DNA of 46,447 nt, from the NCBI GenBank assembly GCA_048938895.1, contig JBHLLU010000032.1, forward strand, positions 1-46,447, read 5' to 3'. Below are positions 28,222 to 38,761 of this stretch, piece by piece (within the stretch, counting starts at the first letter, position 1; each line of letters begins with the position of its first letter). A program made the position numbers and the translations under genes. The notes under the pieces were generated by a model. That model saw nothing but the letters and a program-made list of their open reading frames with translations. It searched no databases and was not told where the DNA came from. This stretch comes from Promethearchaeota archaeon. GTDB lineage: Archaea > Asgardarchaeota > Lokiarchaeia > Sigyniarchaeales > SOKP01.

Positions 28222-28980
28222 ATGGCTGATCAAGAAGAAGAATTGGAAGAAAAGGTAAGTAAAGATCTCAGAACAGATCAGAGCTATTTGAGTGATTTAT
28301 TTGATGAAAGAGAGGAATTGACAACCCTTTTTGCGGTTAGAACCACAATCAATCAAGAAAGCAATATTCTAAAACAGATATTCTATCGTTTCAAGATTTT
28401 GGATGTGATTCCAGATATTAGAGCTATGCTTGTAAGCCCATTGCTACCGGGATACATTTTTTTTGAAGCACCGCAGAAAAGGGATGTCCAAATAGCTGTG
28501 CAAGGGATTCCCCATATAAAAGGGAGGATTGTGCAGAATATTAAGCTAACTGAACTTAAACATGTGTTATTACCACGAAGTGTTACAGAGTATCTTGAAG
28601 AGGGAGATACAGTTGAAATCATTAGTGGAGTTTTTGAAGGAGCAAGAGCTCTTGTTATGCGTATGCCTCACGACACAAGTTCAAGTGAAGAGGTAGTTGT
28701 TAGATTACTTCAAGAAGAGACTCCAATAACAATCAAAATTCACGGAGATTATCTAAAACTAGTAGAAAAGAAGAAAGCTGTTGAAGAAGTGCCTGAAGAA
28801 ATAAAAGTTTCAGCTGAAATCATTACAGATATTGAAAGCGCAATTACTTTCGAAGAAGGTCTTGAAGATTTTGAAGAAGAATTACCTGAGAGTATTAAAA
28901 GCGAGGAGGTCGTGGAATACTCTGATGATGAAGGAGAAGAAGAGGAAGATGACGAATGGGCTAAGTTTGATGGATTCTAA
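28222..28980 (+). CDS. spt5: Transcription elongation factor Spt5 (NusG family) with acidic extensions
   Basis: NGN domain (FAVRTTINQE, PGYIFFEA, IPHIKG) and KOW domain (EGDTVEIISGVFEG). Confidence 0.9.
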   Translation: MADQEEELEEKVSKDLRTDQSYLSDLFDEREELTTLFAVRTTINQESNILKQIFYRFKILDVIPDIRAMLVSPLLPGYIFFEAPQKRDVQIAVQGIPHIKGRIVQNIKLTELKHVLLPRSVTEYLEEGDTVEIISGVFEGARALVMRMPHDTSSSEEVVVRLLQEETPITIKIHGDYLKLVEKKKAVEEVPEEIKVSAEIITDIESAITFEEGLEDFEEELPESIKSEEVVEYSDDEGEEEEDDEWAKFDGF

Positions 28981-29204
28981 TATAAGAAGCTACTAAAATT
29001 GTGAATAGCTGTCAAAAAGGTTAAGAGTTTTAAATAAAAGTTAGATGTAAGGATAGATCTTCCTTTTTTTCTTAGTAATTATTTTGCTGTTTTATAAATG
29101 TGTGTTGCGTATACCTTAAGAAATCGATTAATAAAAGGATTTTTATATTTAAACTTTTATTAGAAAAGTATTAAGGGTACTTTTTTTATTTATCATCGAA
29201 TCTT

Positions 29205-29966
29205 TTGAGTAAAATGATCAAGAATATCTTCATAATGAAGGGGAACACTGGTGAATTAATCTTCTATAAGGCTTATGAAGATGTTTTTAATGTGAAACTG
29301 ACAAGTAGCTTCCTAAGTGCTATTTTTTCATTTGTAAAACAGACGTTAAAAACAGAGGAATTATCTGAAATTGAAGTAGGACTTTTCCGATTCATTTTCG
29401 AAATTGAAAAAATAAAACAGGATGAATTACTTTTTGCCTTGTTTAGCGACAGAACTGATAATTTAGTAGAACTGAGAAATCAGTTAAGGGAAATTAAAAC
29501 ACAATTCCTAAACAGATTCGATTTGGATTTACTAACAGATAATTACGATGGAGAGATCTCAAAATTCCTTGATTTTGAGAATAATATCGACAACATCATG
29601 GAAAACGGTAATCAACTCGTTTCAGATGATATTAAGAATGATCTACTAAATATATTTAATGAATTACATACATTTTCTTCTTTTGTAGTATCTTCTGCAT
29701 TACTTACCCAAACCGGAAGAGTAATTGTATCTAATTTAGAACAAGATATACTTCAAGAAATTGTAAGACTCCTAGAAGGTAGATTTCTTTCAGGAAATTA
29801 TAGAGTAAACGAACTGGTCTCTTTAGAAAAATTCGGGGTTCTCTCTTTAACAGGTATCAACAAACACTTTATTTCAGTTATTTTATTTAAAAGTAATTGT
29901 CCTTTTGAAACTGCTCTTATTATCTCGAAAAGGTTCTCAAATAGATTAAAGAAATTAATCTGTTAG
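29205..29966 (+). CDS. Longin-like plus roadblock/LC7-like two-domain protein
   Basis: N-terminal IFIMKGNTGELIFYK...SSFLSAIFSF (longin pattern); C-terminal SSALLTQTGRVIVS (roadblock pattern). Confidence 0.7.
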   Translation: MSKMIKNIFIMKGNTGELIFYKAYEDVFNVKLTSSFLSAIFSFVKQTLKTEELSEIEVGLFRFIFEIEKIKQDELLFALFSDRTDNLVELRNQLREIKTQFLNRFDLDLLTDNYDGEISKFLDFENNIDNIMENGNQLVSDDIKNDLLNIFNELHTFSSFVVSSALLTQTGRVIVSNLEQDILQEIVRLLEGRFLSGNYRVNELVSLEKFGVLSLTGINKHFISVILFKSNCPFETALIISKRFSNRLKKLIC

Positions 29967-30029
29967 TTGAGTAGTCAATCTATTTTAGATTTTATTCACC
30001 ACAAAATTATATATATAAATCAGAAAAAC

Positions 30030-30080
30030 ATAAACAAACATTTTATTTCAGTAATTTTTAGACAAAAGCTAATCTGTTGA
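30030..30080 (+). pseudogene. Short remnant duplicating the 3' end of the longin/roadblock gene
   Basis: Reads INKHFISVIF-RQKLIC* versus the gene's INKHFISVIL...KKLIC*. Confidence 0.6.
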
Positions 30081-30255
30081 ATAACTAATGGTTTTGTGTT
30101 CGAAAATCATCTATTATTATTGATTTCATAAATTTTATTACAAAAATTAATAAGTCATTTTACTTTTTGCACTAGTAAAGTAATTATTTCATCAATAAAA
30201 TTACTCTTTATAAAAATTAATGTTTCTTAATTTAATTAATTGGGGGTTTTAATTT

Positions 30256-31539
30256 ATGTCTAAATATGTAGACCAAGTCATTAATGACGAAATTCTAGAA
30301 AAACTTAGTCTTAAGAACCGATATAATTTCTTAAACAACAATTTAATGGCTATTTTATCGACTGAACAATTTTCATTTCTAAAACAAGTCCAAAAATTTT
30401 GCTTGAGATTTGAAAAAAAGAATAATATTACTCATGGACCAGAGGAAGATGTTTATGATTGGATTCCCGCATTTGGTGCTGAAGGATATATAACAAGAGC
30501 CCATAATTTTGAGATGATAGATGTAAATTATGATTATCATGGCGCAGTAGCCGATTTTCTCAGATATTTAGCAGTCGATATGTTTGATACACAATTTGCT
30601 ATGGGGAGTGGAGCAACAGTTTTAGCTATAAATCCTATTTATGAACACCATAAAAATATTCCAGAGAGACTTGAGGCATTAAAAGATTTAGTAACTGGTC
30701 AGGCTTCTGGATGTATATGTATTACTGAACCAGAAAGAGGCTCAGATGCAGTACATCAATTAACTGTATGTGAAGAACAAGATGATGGTAGTTTTATACT
30801 TAATGGTGAAAAAGTGTATAATACTAATGCACCTAAAGCTAAATGGGCTGTAGCATATGCAACAGCAGAACAAAACAATGGAAATCTTATGGGACAGTTT
30901 TTAATCAACACAAATTGGAGCGGATGGAAATGTGAGCGAGTAAATATACCTTGGGTCCCCAAACTTTATTTAGGACATGAAAAGTTTGAAAATCTGAGAG
31001 TCCCTAAGGAATATATCTTAGGAAGTATCGGAAAAGGTCGCGAACATCTTTTTGAGGGATTAGTTCCTGAAAGAATAGGAATAGCCTGTGGAGCAATATC
31101 ACAATGCTGGGGTGCGGTATCTCATGCCGCAATTTATGCAAATATGAGAAAGCAATTTGATCAAGAGATTTTGAAATTTCAAGGTGTTGGTTTCTTATTA
31201 ACAGATATGTGGGCAAAAACTACTAATTTGACATTAGGTATCTTAAAGTTCTGTGAGGAATATGATAAAAAGATGGAAAAATTCGGTGGGGAAATTCCAG
31301 GAAACATTTCAAGAGCGATGGTAGCAAGTGCTTCTCAATTTAAATATCATTGTACCAATCTATCTAAAGAAATTTGTTATGAAGCAGCAAATTTAATGGG
31401 TGGAGCAGGACTAAGTGACAACACGATGATGCATGACTATTTAAACGTTTCAAGGATACAAGAAATCGTTGGCGGTTCAAGGCAAATTCAAAGTTACATT
31501 ATGAGCATGGCGTTACGTCAACTTTTTAAGATGCTCTAA
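30256..31539 (+). CDS. Acyl-CoA dehydrogenase family
   Basis: ITEPERGSD, LNGEKVYNTN, ERIG, RKQF...FQGV, MGGAG, EIVGGS. Confidence 0.93.
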   Translation: MSKYVDQVINDEILEKLSLKNRYNFLNNNLMAILSTEQFSFLKQVQKFCLRFEKKNNITHGPEEDVYDWIPAFGAEGYITRAHNFEMIDVNYDYHGAVADFLRYLAVDMFDTQFAMGSGATVLAINPIYEHHKNIPERLEALKDLVTGQASGCICITEPERGSDAVHQLTVCEEQDDGSFILNGEKVYNTNAPKAKWAVAYATAEQNNGNLMGQFLINTNWSGWKCERVNIPWVPKLYLGHEKFENLRVPKEYILGSIGKGREHLFEGLVPERIGIACGAISQCWGAVSHAAIYANMRKQFDQEILKFQGVGFLLTDMWAKTTNLTLGILKFCEEYDKKMEKFGGEIPGNISRAMVASASQFKYHCTNLSKEICYEAANLMGGAGLSDNTMMHDYLNVSRIQEIVGGSRQIQSYIMSMALRQLFKML

Positions 31540-31547
31540 CCTGTGAC

Positions 31548-31568
31548 TTCTTTTTTATTTCTTTTTTT
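31548..31568 (+). terminator. Oligo-T tract, candidate archaeal terminator
   Basis: TTCTTTTTTATTTCTTTTTTT directly after the acyl-CoA dehydrogenase stop. Confidence 0.4.
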
Positions 31569-31734
31569 AAATCTCTTTTTTCTTCTATAAACGTTACCCA
31601 TACTTTGTAATTAAATATGGAATCCTCTCTCTAAGTACTATTTCAATTTTAATTAAATTTAAAACTATATTTAGCTTATTTCAGTAATTGTATTTAAAAT
31701 ATTATAATCCAATTTTTTTAGAAATAAAAAATTT

Positions 31735-33699
31735 ATGACTTATATTGAACCTACGGGATTAATTCTAGCAAGGCAACTCATTGATGAAGGTAAACTAGAT
31801 GAAGCTTTCACACTTTTGAATAATTACCAGCAGAAAGAAGGACTTGACCATCAAGATAAAACATCCTGTCATTTACTTCAATGTCAAATTCTTTTTTGGC
31901 AAGGAAAGCTAAAAGAGCTTATTAAACGTACAGAAGATATGTATAAAGAAAGTAAAGACAATGAAATTAATCTCTCTAATGTCGATAATTTACTTATAAT
32001 GACACATGCCTTAGTGAGAATAGATAGGTTTGATAAGGCTTCGGATTTGATTAAGCAAGGAGAAGAACTATTGAATCAGATTCCACAAAAACTAACAAAA
32101 GCCTACAAGCAAAGAGAAGCTTACTTAGCTTTTATAAAAGGATATTATTACAATTGGAAAAGAAACCCAGATGACGCAGATCTAGCTTTAAAATATTTGG
32201 GGAACAGTTTGGTAATACGAGAAGAATTGGGGATTCAACAAGAAATTTCCGAATCTCTAAAACAGATTGCATGGAATCTACTGATTTTTAAAGGTGAAAT
32301 GGATCGTGCTTTAAAATATGCCAAACAAAGTTTATCTCTAGCTAAAGAAAGTCGCAAAAAGTATTATATCGCATCTAGTTTTCATGTTTTAGGACTTATA
32401 TATGCTTCTTTGGGGGACTATGATAGTTGTATAGAAGTAAATGAGAAAGGTTTAGAACTTTTCAAGGAACTCAACAATAACTACGGTATGACTCTTATTC
32501 TTAACAACTTATCTTCTGATTATAAAATGAAAGGAGATATGGATCACGCTTTAGATTGTATAGAACAAGCAATGAGGTTAAATCGTGATTTAGGTGCTTT
32601 AAGAACTCTAGTCGTAAACCACGACTTTCTTATTCAAATATTAATTGAAAAAGGAGATCTAGAGCGCGCACAGCAATCTCTTAATGATTTTAAACGATTA
32701 AACACCCAATTAAAAAGTAAATCGCTGGGTTTATGGTATCTTATTGATAAAGCTTTATTATTAAAAGCAAGTTTTAATACTCACGATCGAAGAAAAGCTG
32801 AAGAAATTTTTGTCCAACTCCTTGAAACCGGAGATTTAACTCACGATGCTAGCTATACAGTATTAATTAATTTATGTGAATTACTCCTAAATGAGTTACG
32901 TACAACTAATGAGTTAAGTGTATTGGATAAACTTAACCAGTTCCTTGGCCAATTATTAATGCTTGCTGAAGAATCGCATTCGTATTGGATTATGGGAGAA
33001 ACTTATCTTCTACTAGCCAAATTGGCTTTGTTGTCATTGGATTTGAAAGAAGCCCGAAGATTATTGACTCAAGGGCAACAGATTGCTGAAAAATATGGTA
33101 TTAAGTTGTTAGCTATGAAAATTTCAAATGAACATGATGATCTTCTTAAACAATTAAAAATGTGGGAAAACCTAAAAGAATCGTCTTCATCCTTAAAGGA
33201 ACGTATGGATTTTGCGCAGTTAAATGAACAAATGGAAAATATAGTCAGAAGGCGTGCCTTAAAAGCTCAAACTCCTTCAGAGGAAGAACCTATCTTTCTT
33301 TTGATTGTATCAGAGGGAGGAAAACCGATTTTCTCTCAATCATTTGGAGACGATCAATCTTTCCAAGATTATATCTATGGAGGGTTTTTTACTGCTATTA
33401 ACTCATTTATTATTGAAAAATTCTCTGAAGGTCTTGATCGTGCTACATTCGGTGACCATACACTCCTGATGAATTCAGTTTCACCATTTTTGATGTGTTA
33501 TGTATATAAGGGTCAATCTTATGCGGCAGAGCAAAGAATTAGATATTTTATTGAGGAATTACAGGATGATAAGGATATTTGGCAGACCTTTAAAGATTTT
33601 TACCGTTTGAATAAAGAGATTCAAATAGAGGATATCCCCTCCCTTGAGCTATTGATCTCCAACATCTTTATAGATAAAAGTGTCCCGCAAATTGTATAA
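31735..33699 (+). CDS. TPR-repeat protein with C-terminal longin-like domain
   Basis: Repeats such as GEMDRALKYAKQSLSL, GDYDSCIEVNEKGLEL and GDMDHALDCIEQAMRL; C-terminal LLIVSEGGKPIFS...GGFFTAINSF. Confidence 0.85.
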   Translation: MTYIEPTGLILARQLIDEGKLDEAFTLLNNYQQKEGLDHQDKTSCHLLQCQILFWQGKLKELIKRTEDMYKESKDNEINLSNVDNLLIMTHALVRIDRFDKASDLIKQGEELLNQIPQKLTKAYKQREAYLAFIKGYYYNWKRNPDDADLALKYLGNSLVIREELGIQQEISESLKQIAWNLLIFKGEMDRALKYAKQSLSLAKESRKKYYIASSFHVLGLIYASLGDYDSCIEVNEKGLELFKELNNNYGMTLILNNLSSDYKMKGDMDHALDCIEQAMRLNRDLGALRTLVVNHDFLIQILIEKGDLERAQQSLNDFKRLNTQLKSKSLGLWYLIDKALLLKASFNTHDRRKAEEIFVQLLETGDLTHDASYTVLINLCELLLNELRTTNELSVLDKLNQFLGQLLMLAEESHSYWIMGETYLLLAKLALLSLDLKEARRLLTQGQQIAEKYGIKLLAMKISNEHDDLLKQLKMWENLKESSSSLKERMDFAQLNEQMENIVRRRALKAQTPSEEEPIFLLIVSEGGKPIFSQSFGDDQSFQDYIYGGFFTAINSFIIEKFSEGLDRATFGDHTLLMNSVSPFLMCYVYKGQSYAAEQRIRYFIEELQDDKDIWQTFKDFYRLNKEIQIEDIPSLELLISNIFIDKSVPQIV

Positions 33700-33711
33700 A
33701 TTCATCTTAAT

Positions 33712-34008
33712 TTGTTAACCATTCTACAAGATCTTATTTTTAAATGGAATTCTTATCTTTTCTTTAAATTCTCCCTTAAAAGGAAGAGAATTCCAAGATT
33801 ACCGATAAATTTTAGTTCATTATGGGTTGAGGCTATTAAAATTGGTCAAGAATTTCTTTCTAATATCTCTAAACTAAAGGATGAGCAGAGAGATATGTTA
33901 TTAAAACCTGTGAATGATGCAATATATCTATTTATGGAAGGGAAATATCTTATTGCTTTGGAAAATTTGAAAAAGGCTAATGAGGCTATTAAGCAAAAAA
34001 TCTCCTAA
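33712..34008 (+). CDS. Hypothetical small helical protein
   Basis: 98-aa ORF with TTG start and a TPR-like C-terminal helix pair; start uncertain. Confidence 0.4.
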   Translation: MLTILQDLIFKWNSYLFFKFSLKRKRIPRLPINFSSLWVEAIKIGQEFLSNISKLKDEQRDMLLKPVNDAIYLFMEGKYLIALENLKKANEAIKQKIS

Positions 34009-34115
34009 TTTATTTCTTATTTCTCTCTTTATGTAAAATGATTAAAAGAAGTAAAAATTTATAAAGTAATTGTGTTATTATTTATGAAAAAACACAAAAA
34101 AAGCGCGTATTTTTT

Positions 34116-34976
34116 ATGTTTCAAGCAGGTTCAATGTCTTCTGAAATGATTTTTGTGATAATTATTATTGTAATTGCGAGTGTGTTAGTTACATTTCAAA
34201 GAAAATTCAAATTAAAAAGAAATTCGATTGGCTTCAAAATTTTAATCCATATTTTGTTATCCACAACAATTTCGATTGCATGTACCGCATTTGCCTATAG
34301 AATATTTACTGAATCAATCCCTCGGGTGATATTTATCTTGAGTGCGTTTACTTACGTTGTCTTTGCAATATATTATTTGTTAAGTTTATTCCAGAAGCAA
34401 GATTTAAGGATATCTACTCTATTAAAAGAGAGTTCAGATGCGTCTATACATGTTGCAAATATAGCTACAGAATTAGCTGCAAGTGCTAGTGAAGTGAATG
34501 CTGCTGCAGAAGAAATTGCCACATCTACTCAGTTAATAACAAAAGAGACCCAAGGTGCTATTGATGCTACAAGCAATATAAGCAAAGTAATAAGCTTAAT
34601 TACAAACATTGCAGATCAAACAAACCTATTAGCGTTAAATGCAAGCATTGAGGCAGGTAGAGCAGGAGAACAAGGCAGAGGATTTGCTGTTGTTGCAGAC
34701 GAGGTCCGGAAATTAGCAGAAGAATCAAAATCAGCAGTACTTGCAACGAATCAAGATATAATTGAAGTTGTGAATAAAATTAAGGCTTCATTTAATTCTG
34801 TAGAAGGAATAAACACATCAGCAGAACAACAAACAGCATCTATGGAAGAGATATCATCAACGGCCAATAAGCTTGGTAACTTAGCTGAAGACCTAAAAAA
34901 TAAGTTAACAAGTAATACGATGAAAAACTCATCCCAAAGAAAAAGTTCCTTTTTCAAAAAAAGTATTACAAAATAA
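34116..34976 (+). CDS. Methyl-accepting chemotaxis-like protein (short)
   Basis: Hairpin tip [40 protein letters not shown]; three N-terminal TM segments. Confidence 0.92.
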   Translation: MFQAGSMSSEMIFVIIIIVIASVLVTFQRKFKLKRNSIGFKILIHILLSTTISIACTAFAYRIFTESIPRVIFILSAFTYVVFAIYYLLSLFQKQDLRISTLLKESSDASIHVANIATELAASASEVNAAAEEIATSTQLITKETQGAIDATSNISKVISLITNIADQTNLLALNASIEAGRAGEQGRGFAVVADEVRKLAEESKSAVLATNQDIIEVVNKIKASFNSVEGINTSAEQQTASMEEISSTANKLGNLAEDLKNKLTSNTMKNSSQRKSSFFKKSITK

Positions 34977-35091
34977 TTTTCCAAAATCCTTTTTTTTCCG
35001 TATATTTCCTTTATGATTATTTGAATTTCCTTTTAACTAATAAATTATTAATATTTAGTAATTTAGGTTTTTTTAGAATTAGTGTATAAAA

Positions 35092-37335
35092 ATGGAAGAA
35101 TTACTTAATGTTGCGAAAAATGCCTTTCCTCAATTATCTGGTACAGAAAAAATAGACGGAATTCAAGAGGACATTGAAATTTTATGGGATAAGTGGGGTA
35201 TCCCTCACATTTATGCCAATTCAGTTGAAGATGCATATTTTGCTCAAGGTTATATTCATGCAAGTCTTAGATTGTGGCAATTAGAAACTTTTAGGAGACT
35301 TACTTCAGGAACTTTATCAGAAATCGTAGGAGAAGGAATGTTAGATCAAGATAAGCATTATAGAATTATTGGCTTACATCGAATTGCTAAAAGTTGCGTA
35401 GAAAGATTAAGAAAAGATCCAAAGAGTGAAATATTGGGTGGTTTGGAATCATATACAGCTGGAGTGAATGCTGGTATTAAAAAATCTATGGAAAATCTAC
35501 CAATTGAATTTGCGATTCTAAATATAGAACCTAATGAGTGGAGATTGGAAGATTCTCTTAGAATCATGAGTGTCATAGAGTGGGGTTTAGGAGGTTGGAG
35601 TCATACTTTAGAAATACTACGTGAATATCTGATCAAGAGATTGGGTTCTGAGATGGCCAATAAGATTATTCCTCTGTATTCTGGGGCAAATGTAGAAAAG
35701 GCTATAGGAAGTAATGGTTGGGTCGTAAGTCCTCATAAATCAGAATCAGAAGCAGTATTGTTTGCAAATGATCCTCATTTAAATTTAACTCTACCTGCTA
35801 TTTGGATTCTGATGCATTTGAGTTGCCCTGGTCTGAATGTAATGGGTTCATCTTTCCCAGGAGTACCTAGTATTGTTTTAGGACATAATAATAATATAGC
35901 ATGGGGCGCAACAACAGTTACATCTGACAATGTGGATTTATTTAAGTTAGAAATAAATCCTGAAAATGAAAATCAATATAAATACAACGGGAAGTGGGTA
36001 GATTTTGAGCTTATTAAAGAGTCAATAAAAGTTCAATATAGGAAACAGCCTATTGATTTTAAAGTAAAAATTTCGAAATTTGGACCGGTTGTAGAATTTA
36101 TTGAACTTCAGACAAACGTCCGAAAGATTGATCTTCCGGATACTTACGCCTTACATTGGACAAGTTATGATGTAAATTTGGAAGACACTATAGAAGGATT
36201 CAGAGCGGTTAATTTTGCTTCTAATTGGGATGAATTTCGTGGAGCTTTAAGTAAAATGACAATTACACCTCAGAATTTTTTGTATGGTGATATAAAAGGA
36301 AATATAGGTCATCAACATGGAGGAAAGCTACCTATTCGATCATACGGAGATGGAGCAACAGTAACTCCTGGGACCGAAGAGAAATTTAAATGGAGCGGAT
36401 TAGTACCATTTGAAAAAATGTTTTCAATATTTAATCCCGAACAGGGATTTGTATATACCGCCAATTATAATGAGGATAAAGCTCCCAATGGCGTTTTAAT
36501 AGCTCAAGATAGGACTAAACCTTATCGTCAAATGAGAATTAAAAGTCTACTTCAATCTAAAGAAGTTTTTACAATTGAAGATTTCAAAAACTACCAACTT
36601 GATCTTTATACTTTGGAAGCAGAAAAGTTTTTACCATTGTTAGTCAAATATATAAAACCTTTAGCAAACACAGAGCTTGAGAAAGAAATTTTAACCATAC
36701 TCGAAAATTGGGATCATTTTTTAACTAAAAATAGTGTTGCTGGTGCATTCTATAAAATTTGGTATCAAGAAACCTTAAGAGCAGTGTTAGTACCCATGAT
36801 TGGGGCAGAACTTTTTGAGATTTACTTAACAGATAATCCGTTTGACCTTGAAATTCTTTTAAAACTATATGATGAAAAGGAAGATGAATTAAAAAGTACA
36901 ATATTTAATGCTTTTGAGAGAACCATTGAATTCTTAACAGACAAAATTTCTACAGATATTACTAAATGGAAATGGGGAAACTTACATAAAGTAGTTTTAA
37001 CTCATCCTTTCTCTCAAGTGAATGAAGACGCTAAGATTCTAAATATTGGTCCTTTCAAAATTGGTGGGGATGGAAACACATTATGGAATGGATATTATGA
37101 TCCGTTGAATAACTATGAAGTGATAGTAGGTCCTTCATTTCGTCAGATCCACGATTTATCGGATTGGGATAAATCAATTGGAGTTATCCCGGGAGGTCAA
37201 GCGGGATTACCATTTCATAAGCATTACAATGATTTAATGAAATTGTGGGTAAAAGGAAAGTATGTTCCTTTATTGTTTACGAGAAAGGAAATCCAAAAGA
37301 ACGTAGAAGGTAATTTTAAATTAGTTCCAAAATAA
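35092..37335 (+). CDS. Penicillin acylase family (Ntn hydrolase, S45)
   Basis: DKWGIPHIYA, AQGY.HA..RLWQ, G|SNGWVV autoproteolysis site, ANDPHL, GHN, TAN, WGNLH, PGGQ. Confidence 0.93.
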   Translation: MEELLNVAKNAFPQLSGTEKIDGIQEDIEILWDKWGIPHIYANSVEDAYFAQGYIHASLRLWQLETFRRLTSGTLSEIVGEGMLDQDKHYRIIGLHRIAKSCVERLRKDPKSEILGGLESYTAGVNAGIKKSMENLPIEFAILNIEPNEWRLEDSLRIMSVIEWGLGGWSHTLEILREYLIKRLGSEMANKIIPLYSGANVEKAIGSNGWVVSPHKSESEAVLFANDPHLNLTLPAIWILMHLSCPGLNVMGSSFPGVPSIVLGHNNNIAWGATTVTSDNVDLFKLEINPENENQYKYNGKWVDFELIKESIKVQYRKQPIDFKVKISKFGPVVEFIELQTNVRKIDLPDTYALHWTSYDVNLEDTIEGFRAVNFASNWDEFRGALSKMTITPQNFLYGDIKGNIGHQHGGKLPIRSYGDGATVTPGTEEKFKWSGLVPFEKMFSIFNPEQGFVYTANYNEDKAPNGVLIAQDRTKPYRQMRIKSLLQSKEVFTIEDFKNYQLDLYTLEAEKFLPLLVKYIKPLANTELEKEILTILENWDHFLTKNSVAGAFYKIWYQETLRAVLVPMIGAELFEIYLTDNPFDLEILLKLYDEKEDELKSTIFNAFERTIEFLTDKISTDITKWKWGNLHKVVLTHPFSQVNEDAKILNIGPFKIGGDGNTLWNGYYDPLNNYEVIVGPSFRQIHDLSDWDKSIGVIPGGQAGLPFHKHYNDLMKLWVKGKYVPLLFTRKEIQKNVEGNFKLVPK

Positions 37336-37392
37336 GAAATAAATAATTTAAGTTAACATTAACAAAAATAAAACTTTAAAATTTTGATTGAA

Positions 37393-38685
37393 ATGATTGA
37401 AAACAGACGATTTAAAACTCAAGTAATAAATGACGAGATTTTAGAAAAATTAAGTCTTGAAAATAGATATAACTTTGTAAAGGATAACCTAAGAGTAATT
37501 TTATCAGATCAGCAATTTCAGTTTCTTGAGCAAGTTCAAAATTTCTGTCTGGAATATGAAACTAGGAATAAAATAACACATGGACCTGATGAGGATATTT
37601 ATGATTGGGTACCTGATTTTGGAAAAGAAGGATATATTACCCGTCAAACTCCATATTCATGTATTGATTTAAATTATGAAGAATATGGTATGGCAATCGA
37701 ATTTATGCGAATTCTTGGTTTGGATAATTTTGATCCTCAATTTGCAATGAGTACTGGTGCAACTGTTATATGTCTAAATCCGATCTATGCCCATCATGAA
37801 AATGTACCAGTGAGGTTAGAAGCATTGAAAGATCTTGTGACCGGTAAAGAAGTTGGTTGTCTTTTAATAACTGAACCAGAGCGAGGATCTGATGCTGTTC
37901 ACCAGTTGACCACATGTACACAACAAGATGATGGTTCCTTCCTTCTTAATGGAACTAAAATTTTTAATACTAATGCACCCAAGTCGAAGTGGGCTGTTTC
38001 CTACGCGACAGCAGAACAAAATCAAGGAAACGTAATGGGACAGTTCTTAATTGATACCTCTTGGGCCGGATGGTCATGTGAGCGGGTAAATATCCCCTGG
38101 ACACCAAAATTGTTTATCGGAAAAGAAACTCTAAAAGATCTTAAAATTCCAAAAGAATATGTGCTAGGAGGAATAGGGAAAGGAAGAGAACATCTTTTTG
38201 AGGGTTTGATTCCTGAAAGAATTGCAATCGCAGTAAGATGTATAAGTGCTTGTTGGGGAGCATTAACTCATGCTGTCATCTATGCTAACATGAGAAGACA
38301 ATTTGATAAAGAAATACTCCTTTTTCAAGGGGTTGGGTTTTCACTGGCAGATCTTTGGGCAAGAACAACAGGAATGACCCATGGGGTTCTTAAATTTGCT
38401 GAAACATATGATGAGAAAAATGAAAAATACAAAGGGCAATTACCCGATCATGTATCTCAATCAATGGTCTCTTCAGCAAGTCAGTATAAATATAACTGTG
38501 CGGCTTTGGCTAAGGAAGTATGCTTTGAAACTGCTAATTTGATGGGTGGAGCAGGAGTTTGTGATAATACTCTGATGCATGATTATGTTGGCGTATCACG
38601 GATTTTAGAGGTTGTAGGGGGCACAAAACAAGTACAACAACTGATCATGTCAAGAGGTTTAAGGAGATTATTCAAAAACCTCTAA
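37393..38685 (+). CDS. Acyl-CoA dehydrogenase family (paralog of 30256..31539)
   Basis: ITEPERGSD, RRQF, MGGAG, EVVGGT; ATG 37393 preferred over TTG 37384. Confidence 0.93.
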   Translation: MIENRRFKTQVINDEILEKLSLENRYNFVKDNLRVILSDQQFQFLEQVQNFCLEYETRNKITHGPDEDIYDWVPDFGKEGYITRQTPYSCIDLNYEEYGMAIEFMRILGLDNFDPQFAMSTGATVICLNPIYAHHENVPVRLEALKDLVTGKEVGCLLITEPERGSDAVHQLTTCTQQDDGSFLLNGTKIFNTNAPKSKWAVSYATAEQNQGNVMGQFLIDTSWAGWSCERVNIPWTPKLFIGKETLKDLKIPKEYVLGGIGKGREHLFEGLIPERIAIAVRCISACWGALTHAVIYANMRRQFDKEILLFQGVGFSLADLWARTTGMTHGVLKFAETYDEKNEKYKGQLPDHVSQSMVSSASQYKYNCAALAKEVCFETANLMGGAGVCDNTLMHDYVGVSRILEVVGGTKQVQQLIMSRGLRRLFKNL

Positions 38686-38761
38686 AAATACTATTTTTTT
38701 ATAAAAAGAAGTAATAAATAAAAAAAGAAATTTCATTTTTTCTTTACTTAATCATTTACTA

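Noticed and set aside
28940-28980. Spt5 tail DDEW resembling the WASP/VCA acidic Arp2/3-binding motif
   Set aside because: Short low-complexity match with no WH2 or central helix; likely coincidental.
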